From positions 124,001 through 188,000 of IMG/VR virus record IMGVR_UViG_3300045961_000282: a DNA stretch of 64,000 nucleotides; one strand, given 5' to 3'. Made by a program: the position numbers and the translations under genes. Positions 17,287 to 25,587 of this stretch are shown piece after piece (within the stretch, counting starts at the first letter, position 1; each line of letters begins with the position of its first letter). The notes below the pieces were generated by a model. That model worked only from the letters and a program-made list of their open reading frames with translations, made no database searches and had not been told where the DNA came from.

Positions 17287-18753
17287 TCAGCGCTTCAAGT
17301 ACACGGCTTCCGACACCACGCCGAGGTAGCCGTACTTGCCCTTGACCACCACGCGGTACGAGCCCTTGGGCAGATTGATGGTGCGCGTTTCCGCTGAGCC
17401 CTTCGTCCGGTAGGTGCCGCCGCGGTACTTCCACGTCGAGCCCGTCCACTTCTGGACCCGGAAGGTCCAGTAGCCCTTGCCCTTGTTGGGGTTCACGTCG
17501 ACGTACAACTTGCTGGCCTTCGATCGCGCCGCGACGTAGACCGATGCCTGAGGAGTCGGTGGAGTCGCCACGGGCGGCTGTGGGGCCGGTGGGGTCACTG
17601 TCACCGTCGGGGTCGGTGTTGGGGTCGGGGTGGGAGTCGGTGTCGGGGTTGGGGTCGGTGTGACCGTCGGAGTCGGAGTCGGGGTTGGGGTCGGTGCAAC
17701 CGCCCTGGTCCTCGCCAGAATCGAGGTCCTTGCGCTGCGACCATTCTCATTCACGGCTTCGATCCAGACCGTGTAATCAGTATCAGCAGCGAGTTTCGTG
17801 AACGTGAAAGGATCAGGCACACCATTGCTGGTCGGAAAGGAATCTTCCCATGCGGGAACTGGCTTGCCTGAGGGGGTGCTCCAACCGAATCGATAAGCCG
17901 AAATGGTTCCGTTTGGGTCAGCGGGAACCGACCAGTTCAACGAAATCGTGCTTGCTGTGGTATCGCTGATGAATGCGCTGGGCGCTGACGGGGGCTTGGT
18001 CATCACCGTCTTCGGGATGAGGTTGATCACCGCTGGGTTGCTGGCCTTCGCTGCTGCCCAGTCCGTCTGCTGGTAGTAGTACCGATAGTCCACCGATTTC
18101 GTCGGCTGGTAGATGAAGGAGAACTCGTCACCGTTGACATCGACCGTGTCCACAGTCTTCCACGTGGTGCTGTCCAGAACTTGTAGGTCGATCCTCTCTG
18201 CCTTCTCCAGAACGACAGACAGGTACCCAGTGAGTCCAACCTTGTCGCCCTCGTTGACGGTCTGGGTGGCAGGAGAAGGGTTCGACAAATAGGGGGTTGA
18301 TCGACTGTAGAAGGTAAATGCAGTTCCGGGGTACAGGTATTTCTCTACCAATCTCACGTCGGCTGACTTCTGCTTGTAGTACACGACGATGTATGGGTAG
18401 TAGAACTTTCCGTACTGATCCTTGTACAGAATCGAATTTCTTCCTGCCAATGTCGCAGTGATTCCGTTGTCTGAGGTTTTGAGCATCGGGACGGTGCTGT
18501 AGCCACCAGTGGAGGCGTTGTACGCGTAGGCGAGCGCTGATGTGATAACTCCACAGGTCGTTGTCACCGACGCGGTGCTGCTCATGGTGGGAGCACTTGT
18601 GCCCGCCCCAGCCACGGACCCGCTGGCTGCAGTCACGGTGAGCGTGGGGCTCTGGGTGGCATCACAGTCCGCCGCCGACGCAGGGGGAACCACCACCACC
18701 CCCACCATCACCAGAGCAGCGGACAGGGCAAGGGCAAGGCGGCGGCGGATCAT
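17287..18753 (-). CDS. secreted surface protein with a fibronectin type III domain and a Pro-Thr linker
   Basis: Signal peptide; ISLNWSVP..TDYTVWIEAVN FN3 pattern; PT repeat; compact C-terminal domain. Confidence 0.8.
   Translation of the reverse strand: MIRRRLALALSAALVMVGVVVVPPASAADCDATQSPTLTVTAASGSVAGAGTSAPTMSSTASVTTTCGVITSALAYAYNASTGGYSTVPMLKTSDNGITATLAGRNSILYKDQYGKFYYPYIVVYYKQKSADVRLVEKYLYPGTAFTFYSRSTPYLSNPSPATQTVNEGDKVGLTGYLSVVLEKAERIDLQVLDSTTWKTVDTVDVNGDEFSFIYQPTKSVDYRYYYQQTDWAAAKASNPAVINLIPKTVMTKPPSAPSAFISDTTASTISLNWSVPADPNGTISAYRFGWSTPSGKPVPAWEDSFPTSNGVPDPFTFTKLAADTDYTVWIEAVNENGRSARTSILARTRAVAPTPTPTPTPTVTPTPTPTPTPTPTPTPTPTVTVTPPAPQPPVATPPTPQASVYVAARSKASKLYVDVNPNKGKGYWTFRVQKWTGSTWKYRGGTYRTKGSAETRTINLPKGSYRVVVKGKYGYLGVVSEAVYLKR
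17585..17700 (-). repeat. (Pro-Thr)n hexanucleotide repeat
   Basis: Imperfect ggggtc/ggagtc/ggtgtc tandem units. Confidence 0.85.
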
Positions 18754-18809
18754 GGAACTCACGGTAGCCCACGAAGGGCCGTGAACCATACGGTACCGAC
18801 GAACTTTCT

Positions 18810-19238
18810 TCAGCAGCCGCCCACGGCTCCATCACCCAAGTACCCACTGCTGTACTGCTGGATGTCCGCGACGTCCACGCGCGTCCAGCCGATGGCCGTC
18901 ACATCCGGTGGCTCTCCGACGATGGGGTAGATCACGAACTCTGTCCCGTCGGGGAAGACCTCCTGCGTCCCTGCGGCGCGCGACCCGTCGATGGTCAACC
19001 ACTGCTGAACCGACTCGGAGAAGATCGTCCCAGTCAGACCATCGACGTTCTTCCCGCGAACGGCCCAGACCATGAAGTCAAACGAATGTTCGACAAACTC
19101 TCCGGGATGCTCCACGAGGTTGCTGATCATGTAGATGCACCGCAGATCCTCAACCACTGGTTCCGATGTCGGCTGCGGTGCTACGGGAACCACGGAGCAG
19201 CCGGTCAGCAGCAGCACGGCCACCCATGTCTCACGCAT
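18810..19238 (-). CDS. lipoprotein
   Basis: Lipobox LTGC after a short signal peptide. Confidence 0.65.
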   Translation of the reverse strand: MRETWVAVLLLTGCSVVPVAPQPTSEPVVEDLRCIYMISNLVEHPGEFVEHSFDFMVWAVRGKNVDGLTGTIFSESVQQWLTIDGSRAAGTQEVFPDGTEFVIYPIVGEPPDVTAIGWTRVDVADIQQYSSGYLGDGAVGGC

Positions 19239-19599
19239 CGCTGTCCATCCTCGGCAGGACGTAGAACTCCGTGCGCCGCAGCACCTCTTGGGCACGCAGC
19301 ACCTCGATGGAGATCCGCTGAGCGGTCTCCCGCTTCTCCCACATGAACAATTGCTTTCGCGCGACCCGGCACAGATCCATTGCCTTCGCCAGCGATTTCA
19401 GTGCTACAGCACGTACCTCATCCTCGACGTAGGTCGGACCAGCAATGAACGCCCCGCGGGAGATGGTGTCGCTGACTTCGGCCAGCATCATCTCCGCCGC
19501 CCACACCTGCGCGTCGGAGTCGGCCGTAGTCAGTTCACCGAAACTCAGCAGCCCAGTAGCCGTGTCCAACTGCGCCACCAGCGCTGCGCTGTCGTTCAC
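19231..19599 (-). CDS. hypothetical helical protein
   Basis: GTGA overlap chain. Confidence 0.55.
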   Translation of the reverse strand: MNDSAALVAQLDTATGLLSFGELTTADSDAQVWAAEMMLAEVSDTISRGAFIAGPTYVEDEVRAVALKSLAKAMDLCRVARKQLFMWEKRETAQRISIEVLRAQEVLRRTEFYVLPRMDSDA

Positions 19600-20093
19600 G
19601 CTCCACTCCTGAATGCCCGATGCGCTCCGCCGATCCCTGCACCCTTCCACGCCTGCACCACTGCAGCGACGGATTCGGAGTCCACCGTCAGTTGCTGGCC
19701 AGAGGAGGAGCGATCAAGGGCAGGCATCGGATGGAACTCCACCGAGGAGCAGCGCTCCAGAGCCATCTCAGTCCACGACGACAGCATCCGAATTCGACTG
19801 AACAACATCTCCCCGTTCCGCGGGTAGGTCGCCGCCGCCCGCGGAAGTTGCTCGATCTGCTCGATGATGGAGGCCAGCAGTTTGTCCATGTGCACCTCCG
19901 TCTCCCGCGGTGCTACGTGGTGTTCGGCCTGCCAGATCTGCTGCGCCTTGGAGGAGTCCACAGCCAGATGCACGGCGTGACGGGAGACCGCAGCGGCGAT
20001 GATTTCCTCAGCGGCCTGTGGATCATGGATGGTCGCCGACACCACTGCCAGCCGATCGCGCATGTCGTTCATCGCTCGATAGAAGGCGCTCAC
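19596..20093 (-). CDS. hypothetical protein
   Basis: Overlap chain with neighbours. Confidence 0.6.
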   Translation of the reverse strand: MSAFYRAMNDMRDRLAVVSATIHDPQAAEEIIAAAVSRHAVHLAVDSSKAQQIWQAEHHVAPRETEVHMDKLLASIIEQIEQLPRAAATYPRNGEMLFSRIRMLSSWTEMALERCSSVEFHPMPALDRSSSGQQLTVDSESVAAVVQAWKGAGIGGAHRAFRSGA

Positions 20094-20686
20094 AGGGCCA
20101 CCTTGTAGACGTGCCGGGTCCCGTCCGGCTCGGTCAGGATGTAGGTGATCGTCCCCGTTGCGGAAGAGGTCTGCACGTCACACGTGGTCCCGCGCGGCAA
20201 CTCCCTGCCGTCGAGGTGGTAGATCGGAACCGACGGCGGCAGGACCACAGCAGCCATGCCGTCGACGTCGATGACCCGTTCCTCCTCGTCGGAGAACGAC
20301 ACCATCAGCGACGGCGCAGCAGGCATCGGACGAGGCGCGGACTTCGGCGCCTGAGGCAGGGGGTAGGAATCCACATTCCTCAACAGGGCTTCAAGGGTGG
20401 CGATCTGCGCGACGATCGACCACAGCGACCGCCGGGCCACATCTGCGGGGACCACCGGCAGTTCGCGTGCGCAGGACAGGATCGAGTGCACCGCTGCATC
20501 GATGGAGTCGACCACCTCAGGATCGCCGACCATCACCACCCGAGCGCTGACGACCGGCGAGAGTCGGGCAACCAACGCATCCACCTCGTGGGTGATCGAC
20601 TCTCCAGAGATGATCCCCTGCACCATTCGTTGCGCATCCAGCGTTGCGCGATGCAGCACTGGTTGCCAGTCGATGGCAGCGGTCAT
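20090..20686 (-). CDS. hypothetical protein (leaderless)
   Basis: TAGGCT -10 element 6 nt upstream of the ATG. Confidence 0.65.
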   Translation of the reverse strand: MTAAIDWQPVLHRATLDAQRMVQGIISGESITHEVDALVARLSPVVSARVVMVGDPEVVDSIDAAVHSILSCARELPVVPADVARRSLWSIVAQIATLEALLRNVDSYPLPQAPKSAPRPMPAAPSLMVSFSDEEERVIDVDGMAAVVLPPSVPIYHLDGRELPRGTTCDVQTSSATGTITYILTEPDGTRHVYKVAL

Positions 20687-20699
20687 CGCCAAAGCCTAT

Positions 20700-21300
20700 C
20701 AACCTATCCACCCATGCCCCCTCCGGTGCTACGCAGCGTATCGGTGCGGGCACCCCCGCTAGGGGGTGGGTGGACCCGAGGGTTCGACAGCGACGAGGCG
20801 GCACCGCGGGTCCCGCGGGTTCCGCGGGTTCGACAGGCGGGGCGGGACTCTTCCCGGGGGCGGATACGTGGCAAAGGCGAAATCGCAGATTTCGGCTGAT
20901 GGTGGAGCCGTTCCGCAGGAACGGATACGTTACGTAGCAGGACTTGAATTTTTTGATAGGTGGGGAGGGGGGACCCCCTAGGTATCCCACCGCCCCCCCA
21001 AACGTTTCCTGAAAGTGCCGGGGGGGTTCGGTCCAACGGTGCGTTTCGGTCCAACGGTGGCAACGGTGCAACGGCCCCCACCGACCCCGGTCGCGCGCAC
21101 GGGAGGCGGGGGGATCGTTTCGGTTCGAGGGTTTCGGACGGTTCCGGTCCCCATCGGCCCAACGGGACAACCGGACGTCAATCGTGTTCGTCGAATCACG
21201 TCGGGGCCAATGGATGCATGGCCCCCAAGCCAAGGGGCAGGCAAGGGGGGCCTCAGGGGGGCGAGGGAGCCTAGGGGCAGGCACAGGGGCTGGGCAGGAC
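20700..21300. other. non-coding repeat-rich region; candidate packaging, terminus or origin site
   Basis: No credible ORF; ccgcgggtt x3, caacggt x4, G/C runs and a prominent AATTTTTT tract; lies near the gene strand switch. Confidence 0.4.
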
Positions 21301-21350
21301 AAGCAAAAGGCCCCTAGGACCTGTGGGGTCCTAGGGGCCTCTGCTGGGGG

Positions 21351-21506
21351 CTACCAGTCACTCTGGGGGGCGTTGGGGCTGCCCAGAACCCAGAACGTGG
21401 CTTCGCGATCACTCATGCCTGCCCTGCGCGCCCTGCGAATCGCGAACAAGTCGCGCCAGCGCACGTGGGGCCAGACCTCGCCAGTCGCGCTGTTGATGAT
21501 CTCCAT
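21351..21506 (-). CDS. 51-aa ORF in a class-II leader cassette (not in the ORF track)
   Basis: TATAGT -10, TGAGCAGGGGAGAGTCCCC leader, AAGGAG RBS, terminator at 21308-21340. Confidence 0.65.
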   Translation of the reverse strand: MEIINSATGEVWPHVRWRDLFAIRRARRAGMSDREATFWVLGSPNAPQSDW

Positions 21507-21729
21507 GGGGGCTATCTCCTTTGCGTGGGGGGTCAGGGGACTCTCCCCTGCTCACCTAGATAACTATACATGATTGGACTAGCAAAGGCTACCTTGGCAG
21601 GGGGCTGGGAGCCTGCGCCCCCACAGGAGTGGTGCTCACCTGAGGCAGGTTTGACACGTAACAATATCTAGTGCTAAGGTTGTACCAACAGCCCGGGGAA
21701 AGGCCCCGGGGACCTGAAAGGAAACACTC

Positions 21730-22056
21730 ATGGACTTCCTCGTCACCATCCTCGCGATCGTCGTTCTGTTCAAGGTTCTGGCGTGGATGTTCGACAAGGT
21801 GCTTGGCCCCTTCCTGCTGGCCATTCCGATTGGCATCGTGATCTACCCGTTCGTGCTGCTCTGGCAGTTCAGCCCCGTGCTGTTCGTGATCCTCGTTGTG
21901 GTCGTGCCCGCGCTGGTCGCCAAGCCCGCGTGGAACGCCTACAAGGAGAACCGCGAGATCAAGGCGCAGGCCAAGGCCATCGCATGGCGGCGCATGATGG
22001 AGAAGCATCAGGAGACCGTCCGCGAACTGGAGAGCAAGGGCATCCAGTTCAAGTGA
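21730..22056 (+). CDS. membrane protein
   Basis: TTGACA/TAAGGT promoter, GAAAGGA RBS, hydrophobic N-terminal two-thirds. Confidence 0.75.
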   Translation: MDFLVTILAIVVLFKVLAWMFDKVLGPFLLAIPIGIVIYPFVLLWQFSPVLFVILVVVVPALVAKPAWNAYKENREIKAQAKAIAWRRMMEKHQETVRELESKGIQFK

Positions 22057-22064
22057 TGCACCAA

Positions 22065-22103
22065 CAGAACCCCCACCGTCCACGGTCGACGGTGGGGGTT
22101 CTG
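22065..22103. terminator. intrinsic terminator hairpin
   Basis: cagaacccccaccgtc / gacggtgggggttctg perfect 16-bp stem. Confidence 0.8.
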
Positions 22104-22134
22104 CCGTCTCCACCGCGCTTGCTATGGTTCCCCC

Positions 22135-22635
22135 ATGAGCGACCTTCCCGTGACCCCGTACCCCGACCCGACCGGCATCAACACGGCGGGGTGGTCGGGA
22201 AGCGAGACCTCGCATGAGGCGGCATTGCATGCCGTGGTTTCCGGCGATGACCGTCGGGTGCAGGCCCGGGCCCTTCGCATGCTGGCCGCGGCCGGGCCCG
22301 ATGGGCTGACCTCGAAGGAGTTCGGCATCGCCACGGGCATCCATCACGGTCGCTCGTCCGGCGCGATGAGCGTGCTGCATCAGGCCGGACTGGTCGCCCG
22401 GCTCAGGGATCGCCGTGGCCGCTATGAGATCTACGTGCTGCCCGATGAGGTGCGAGGCCGCAAGGTGTCGACCCGGCGGCACAACAAACCCAAGAGCGCC
22501 GCGGACTACAAGCGGGGATGGGATGAAGGTCGCGCCGAACTGCTGTCGATCCTCGCCGGGATGTCTCAGGAGGAGCGGGACTTCATCATCGAGCGGGCCG
22601 CGGCGCTGCATGACTCCCAGCCGCCGCTGTTCTGA
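22135..22635 (+). CDS. winged-helix DNA-binding protein
   Basis: GLTSKEFGIATGIHHGRSSGAMSVLHQAG HTH-wing; leaderless TATGGT promoter. Confidence 0.7.
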   Translation: MSDLPVTPYPDPTGINTAGWSGSETSHEAALHAVVSGDDRRVQARALRMLAAAGPDGLTSKEFGIATGIHHGRSSGAMSVLHQAGLVARLRDRRGRYEIYVLPDEVRGRKVSTRRHNKPKSAADYKRGWDEGRAELLSILAGMSQEERDFIIERAAALHDSQPPLF

Positions 22636-22716
22636 GCGTTTTGATTCTGCGCACCGCTAGTGCTATGCTTGATCCATGAGCGAGGGAGAGTCCCCCGCCT
22701 AGCGAAAGGGAACCCG

Positions 22717-22806
22717 ATGAACCCGTACACGATGGACCGAAGCCTGATCCGCTGGCTGGAAGGCCGCGAGGAGCCCGCCGAAGTGGAGCAGGACTGGGAG
22801 GACTGA
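22717..22806 (+). CDS. 29-aa acidic peptide in a class-II leader cassette
   Basis: Own promoter, leader, RBS and terminator (22815-22849). Confidence 0.55.
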   Translation: MNPYTMDRSLIRWLEGREEPAEVEQDWED

Positions 22807-22876
22807 TTCCCCCGGAAAGCCCCGGTTCCCGAAAGGGACCGGGGCTTTCGTATGCCCACCGCCGTATGATTGCCTG

Positions 22877-23794
22877 ATGACCAACGACACCCCCCGCAAG
22901 GCGCCCAAGATTGCCGCGGCGCGCGAGATTCTCTGGAACGCGGGATACAGCGGCCTGACGTGGCGCGACTACGCCGATGCGACCGGCGCCCACCATGGTG
23001 CGGCCTCCGGGATGCTGTCCCGGCTGCATCGCGATGGCGATGCCCTGCGGCTGGCCGAGAAGCGGGGCGCGGATTCGGTCTACGTCGCGCCGGAGTTCCG
23101 AATCAACCGGGATATTGTTCCGCCGAAGAAGCGCGCCGCGGAGCCGATCGCTCCCCTCCCCGTGGCTTCCGAGACTCCCCCGGCCATCGACATGGACGCC
23201 GTGTGGCGCGATGCCTACGCCGAGGGCGTGGCCGCCGGTCGCGCGCACGAGCGGACGATGGCCGAGAACGCCCGGGCTGAGCACGATGAGGCGATCCGGC
23301 TGGCCGGGTTCGCCGAGGGCGTGGCGCAGGGGGTGGCCGACCTCGAGGCCGCCCGAAGCGCGGCGTTCGCCGACGGGGTGGCCAAGGGCCGAGCCGACGC
23401 CCCGCCAACCGAGGATGCCGAGGCGGCCCGCCGGGAAGGCTTCGAGGCCGGTCGCGCGCAGGCCGAGGCCGAGTGGCAGGCCGGGTATGACGAGGGCGTC
23501 AAGGTCGGCGGCGACATCGCAATCGCGGAGATGAAGCAGCGGATGGTCGACGCCGGGGGCGAGCCGTACCTCAAGGGCCGCGCCGTGGGGCGCAAGGAGG
23601 GCGAGGAGGCGCTTCGGCGCCATGCGACCAAGGTGGCTGCCGAGATCGCCCGGGCCATCCGGGCCAACGGGTCTCCGGTCAAGACGCACCACAGCACGTG
23701 CTGGATGCAGCACCCGGAGTGCGCCGTGAAGGCCGTGGTGCAGGGCATCGGGGTGACGCCGGATCGGTTCCGCTCCGAGGTCAATGTCGCCTGA
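22877..23794 (+). CDS. winged-helix protein (paralog of 22135) with AxxxG coiled-coil repeats
   Basis: GLTWRDYADATGAHHGAASGMLSRLHRDG; repeated YAEG/FAEG/FEAG. Confidence 0.7.
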   Translation: MTNDTPRKAPKIAAAREILWNAGYSGLTWRDYADATGAHHGAASGMLSRLHRDGDALRLAEKRGADSVYVAPEFRINRDIVPPKKRAAEPIAPLPVASETPPAIDMDAVWRDAYAEGVAAGRAHERTMAENARAEHDEAIRLAGFAEGVAQGVADLEAARSAAFADGVAKGRADAPPTEDAEAARREGFEAGRAQAEAEWQAGYDEGVKVGGDIAIAEMKQRMVDAGGEPYLKGRAVGRKEGEEALRRHATKVAAEIARAIRANGSPVKTHHSTCWMQHPECAVKAVVQGIGVTPDRFRSEVNVA

Positions 23795-23854
23795 CTTGAC
23801 GCCGTTCCAGGAGTCGTGCTAAGGTTGTACCAACACCACGACGAAGGGAACATC

Positions 23855-23983
23855 ATGAAGACCTGCTACAACTGCGACGAGGCCCTCACCGGCCCGGTCA
23901 AGACGATCGGCGACTACGTGTGGGACGAGGTGGACGGCGAGGTGCACGAGGAGTTCCTCGTGCACGTCACCTGCCCCGCCTAG
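23855..23983 (+). CDS. 42-aa CxxC peptide
   Basis: TTGACG/TAAGGT promoter, A/C leader, RBS and terminator (23991-24032). Confidence 0.6.
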   Translation: MKTCYNCDEALTGPVKTIGDYVWDEVDGEVHEEFLVHVTCPA

Positions 23984-24038
23984 CGGGCACGCAAAAGGCC
24001 CCGGAACCCGAAAGGGAACCGGGGCCTTTTGCGTTGCC

Positions 24039-24389
24039 TCAGGCCTCGACGTGCTCCGGGGCCGGGGGGTTGTTCACGATGTAGGCATCCATGACGTGCT
24101 TCGGGATGCGGCCCCGATCCGGGACCGGCAGGCCGTTGGCCCGTGCCCACTGCCGGACCTCGCTGCCACCCTTCGAGCGGCGCTTGCCCGTGCGTGCGCG
24201 ACCGGCGATCGGGGTGCTGGTGGTCGGGCGGCCCGCGGCGATGAACGGGGCCAGCGCGTTGGCCAGCATCTCGCGGTTCGCCGCGCCGAGGTCGATCTCG
24301 TAAGACTTCCCGTCAAGGGCGAACGTCACGAGACGAACGCCGTCCTCGCTTCCATCGAGGTCGTCGATCTTCACCTGTCGCATTGCCAT
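24039..24389 (-). CDS. lsr2: Lsr2 nucleoid-associated protein / xenogeneic silencer
   Basis: DDLDG, FALDGKSYEIDL, VRQWARANG..V.DRGRIP. Confidence 0.95.
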   Translation of the reverse strand: MAMRQVKIDDLDGSEDGVRLVTFALDGKSYEIDLGAANREMLANALAPFIAAGRPTTSTPIAGRARTGKRRSKGGSEVRQWARANGLPVPDRGRIPKHVMDAYIVNNPPAPEHVEA

Positions 24390-24884
24390 CGTCATTCTCC
24401 TGTCGCTTTTTGGTGGGTGGTGGAGAAACAATATCGGACCCCACTGACATCGCGCGAGATGACATCACCACTTCAGCAGGATTCCGAGGAACAGGAACAC
24501 CCCCCATCCGAGCAGGAACACGGTCAGCAGGGCCATGTCGTCCTCGTGGTCGCGCTTCATGGACCGGAACCCTACACGCGCTGCTATGCTGGTGCCTTAA
24601 TTTGATTGGTTGGGCGAACCGGGACAGGCTTGGCTCCGCGTGTAGGAAGCCGGAGCGCTTTGCAAGGTCAGAGCATTTGACGTTTGACCTAGATTCCCGC
24701 CGCTCCCCGGGGAGCCAAGGCCCCGGCGCCTCATTCGAACGAGGTTGCCGGGGCCGCCTCATGCGCGCGACCGGCCCCGGTGGGGCAAACAAGCATTGGA
24801 CACCGATCCCGAACCCTCCCTAGAGTGAGTGCTGCCCGCGCTGGAACGCGGGCAGCACGAGCCCACCTAGGCAGAGGTGAACTG

Positions 24885-25586
24885 ATGACCAGTATGACCT
24901 GTTCGATCGACGGGTGCGACAAGCAAGCGCAGAAGCGCGGGTGGTGTATGGCGCACTACTCTCGATGGCACCGTCACGGGGACCCGCTCAAAGGCGGTCC
25001 CTCTAGGCAGTCGAGCGATGCTGTGACCTGTTCGGTCGATGGATGCGAGAAGAAGGTCCAGAGGCGCGGGTGGTGCGCGGCGCACTACACGCGATGGCGT
25101 CGCCATGGTGACCCGCTCAAAGGTGGCCCGACGATGCGTCCCAAGGACGTGCTCATCGAGGAGTGGTTTTGGACGCAGACCAAACCAAACGGCGACTGCC
25201 TTGACTGGACGCTGGAGACGAACAATCAAGGCTACGGACACTTCACATGGGACGGCGAAAACTGGCGCACCCATGTGTTCTCATGGCTCGTCACCAACGG
25301 ATCTACCAACGGCCTACAGGTTCTCCATCGCTGTGACCGACCGATGTGCGTGAACCCCGATCACCTGTGGCTTGGCACCATCTCCGACAACATGCGGGAC
25401 AAGGTGGAAAAGGGGCTTCAAGCACGAGGTTTCGCCCTGCCTCACACCAAACTATCCGATGATGATGTGCGCGAACTTCGCCTGCTGTGGGCGACCGGAA
25501 CGCTGTCGCAACAAGAAATAGCCTCCCAGTTCAGGATAACCGCGCCCTACGTATCTTTGATCGTGAACATGAAGCGGCGCCGGTAA
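24885..25586 (+). CDS. HNH homing-type endonuclease with a duplicated N-terminal zinc module and a C-terminal HTH
   Basis: CSIDGC..RGWC..HY.RW.RHGDP x2; VLHRCDRPMCVNPDHLWLGT..DN. Confidence 0.9.
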   Translation: MTSMTCSIDGCDKQAQKRGWCMAHYSRWHRHGDPLKGGPSRQSSDAVTCSVDGCEKKVQRRGWCAAHYTRWRRHGDPLKGGPTMRPKDVLIEEWFWTQTKPNGDCLDWTLETNNQGYGHFTWDGENWRTHVFSWLVTNGSTNGLQVLHRCDRPMCVNPDHLWLGTISDNMRDKVEKGLQARGFALPHTKLSDDDVRELRLLWATGTLSQQEIASQFRITAPYVSLIVNMKRRR

Positions 25587-25587
25587 G

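Noticed and set aside
20704-21317. ORFs listed across the 20.7-21.3 kb region
   Set aside because: They are low-complexity G/P/R-rich translations of repeats with no RBS and no codon bias.
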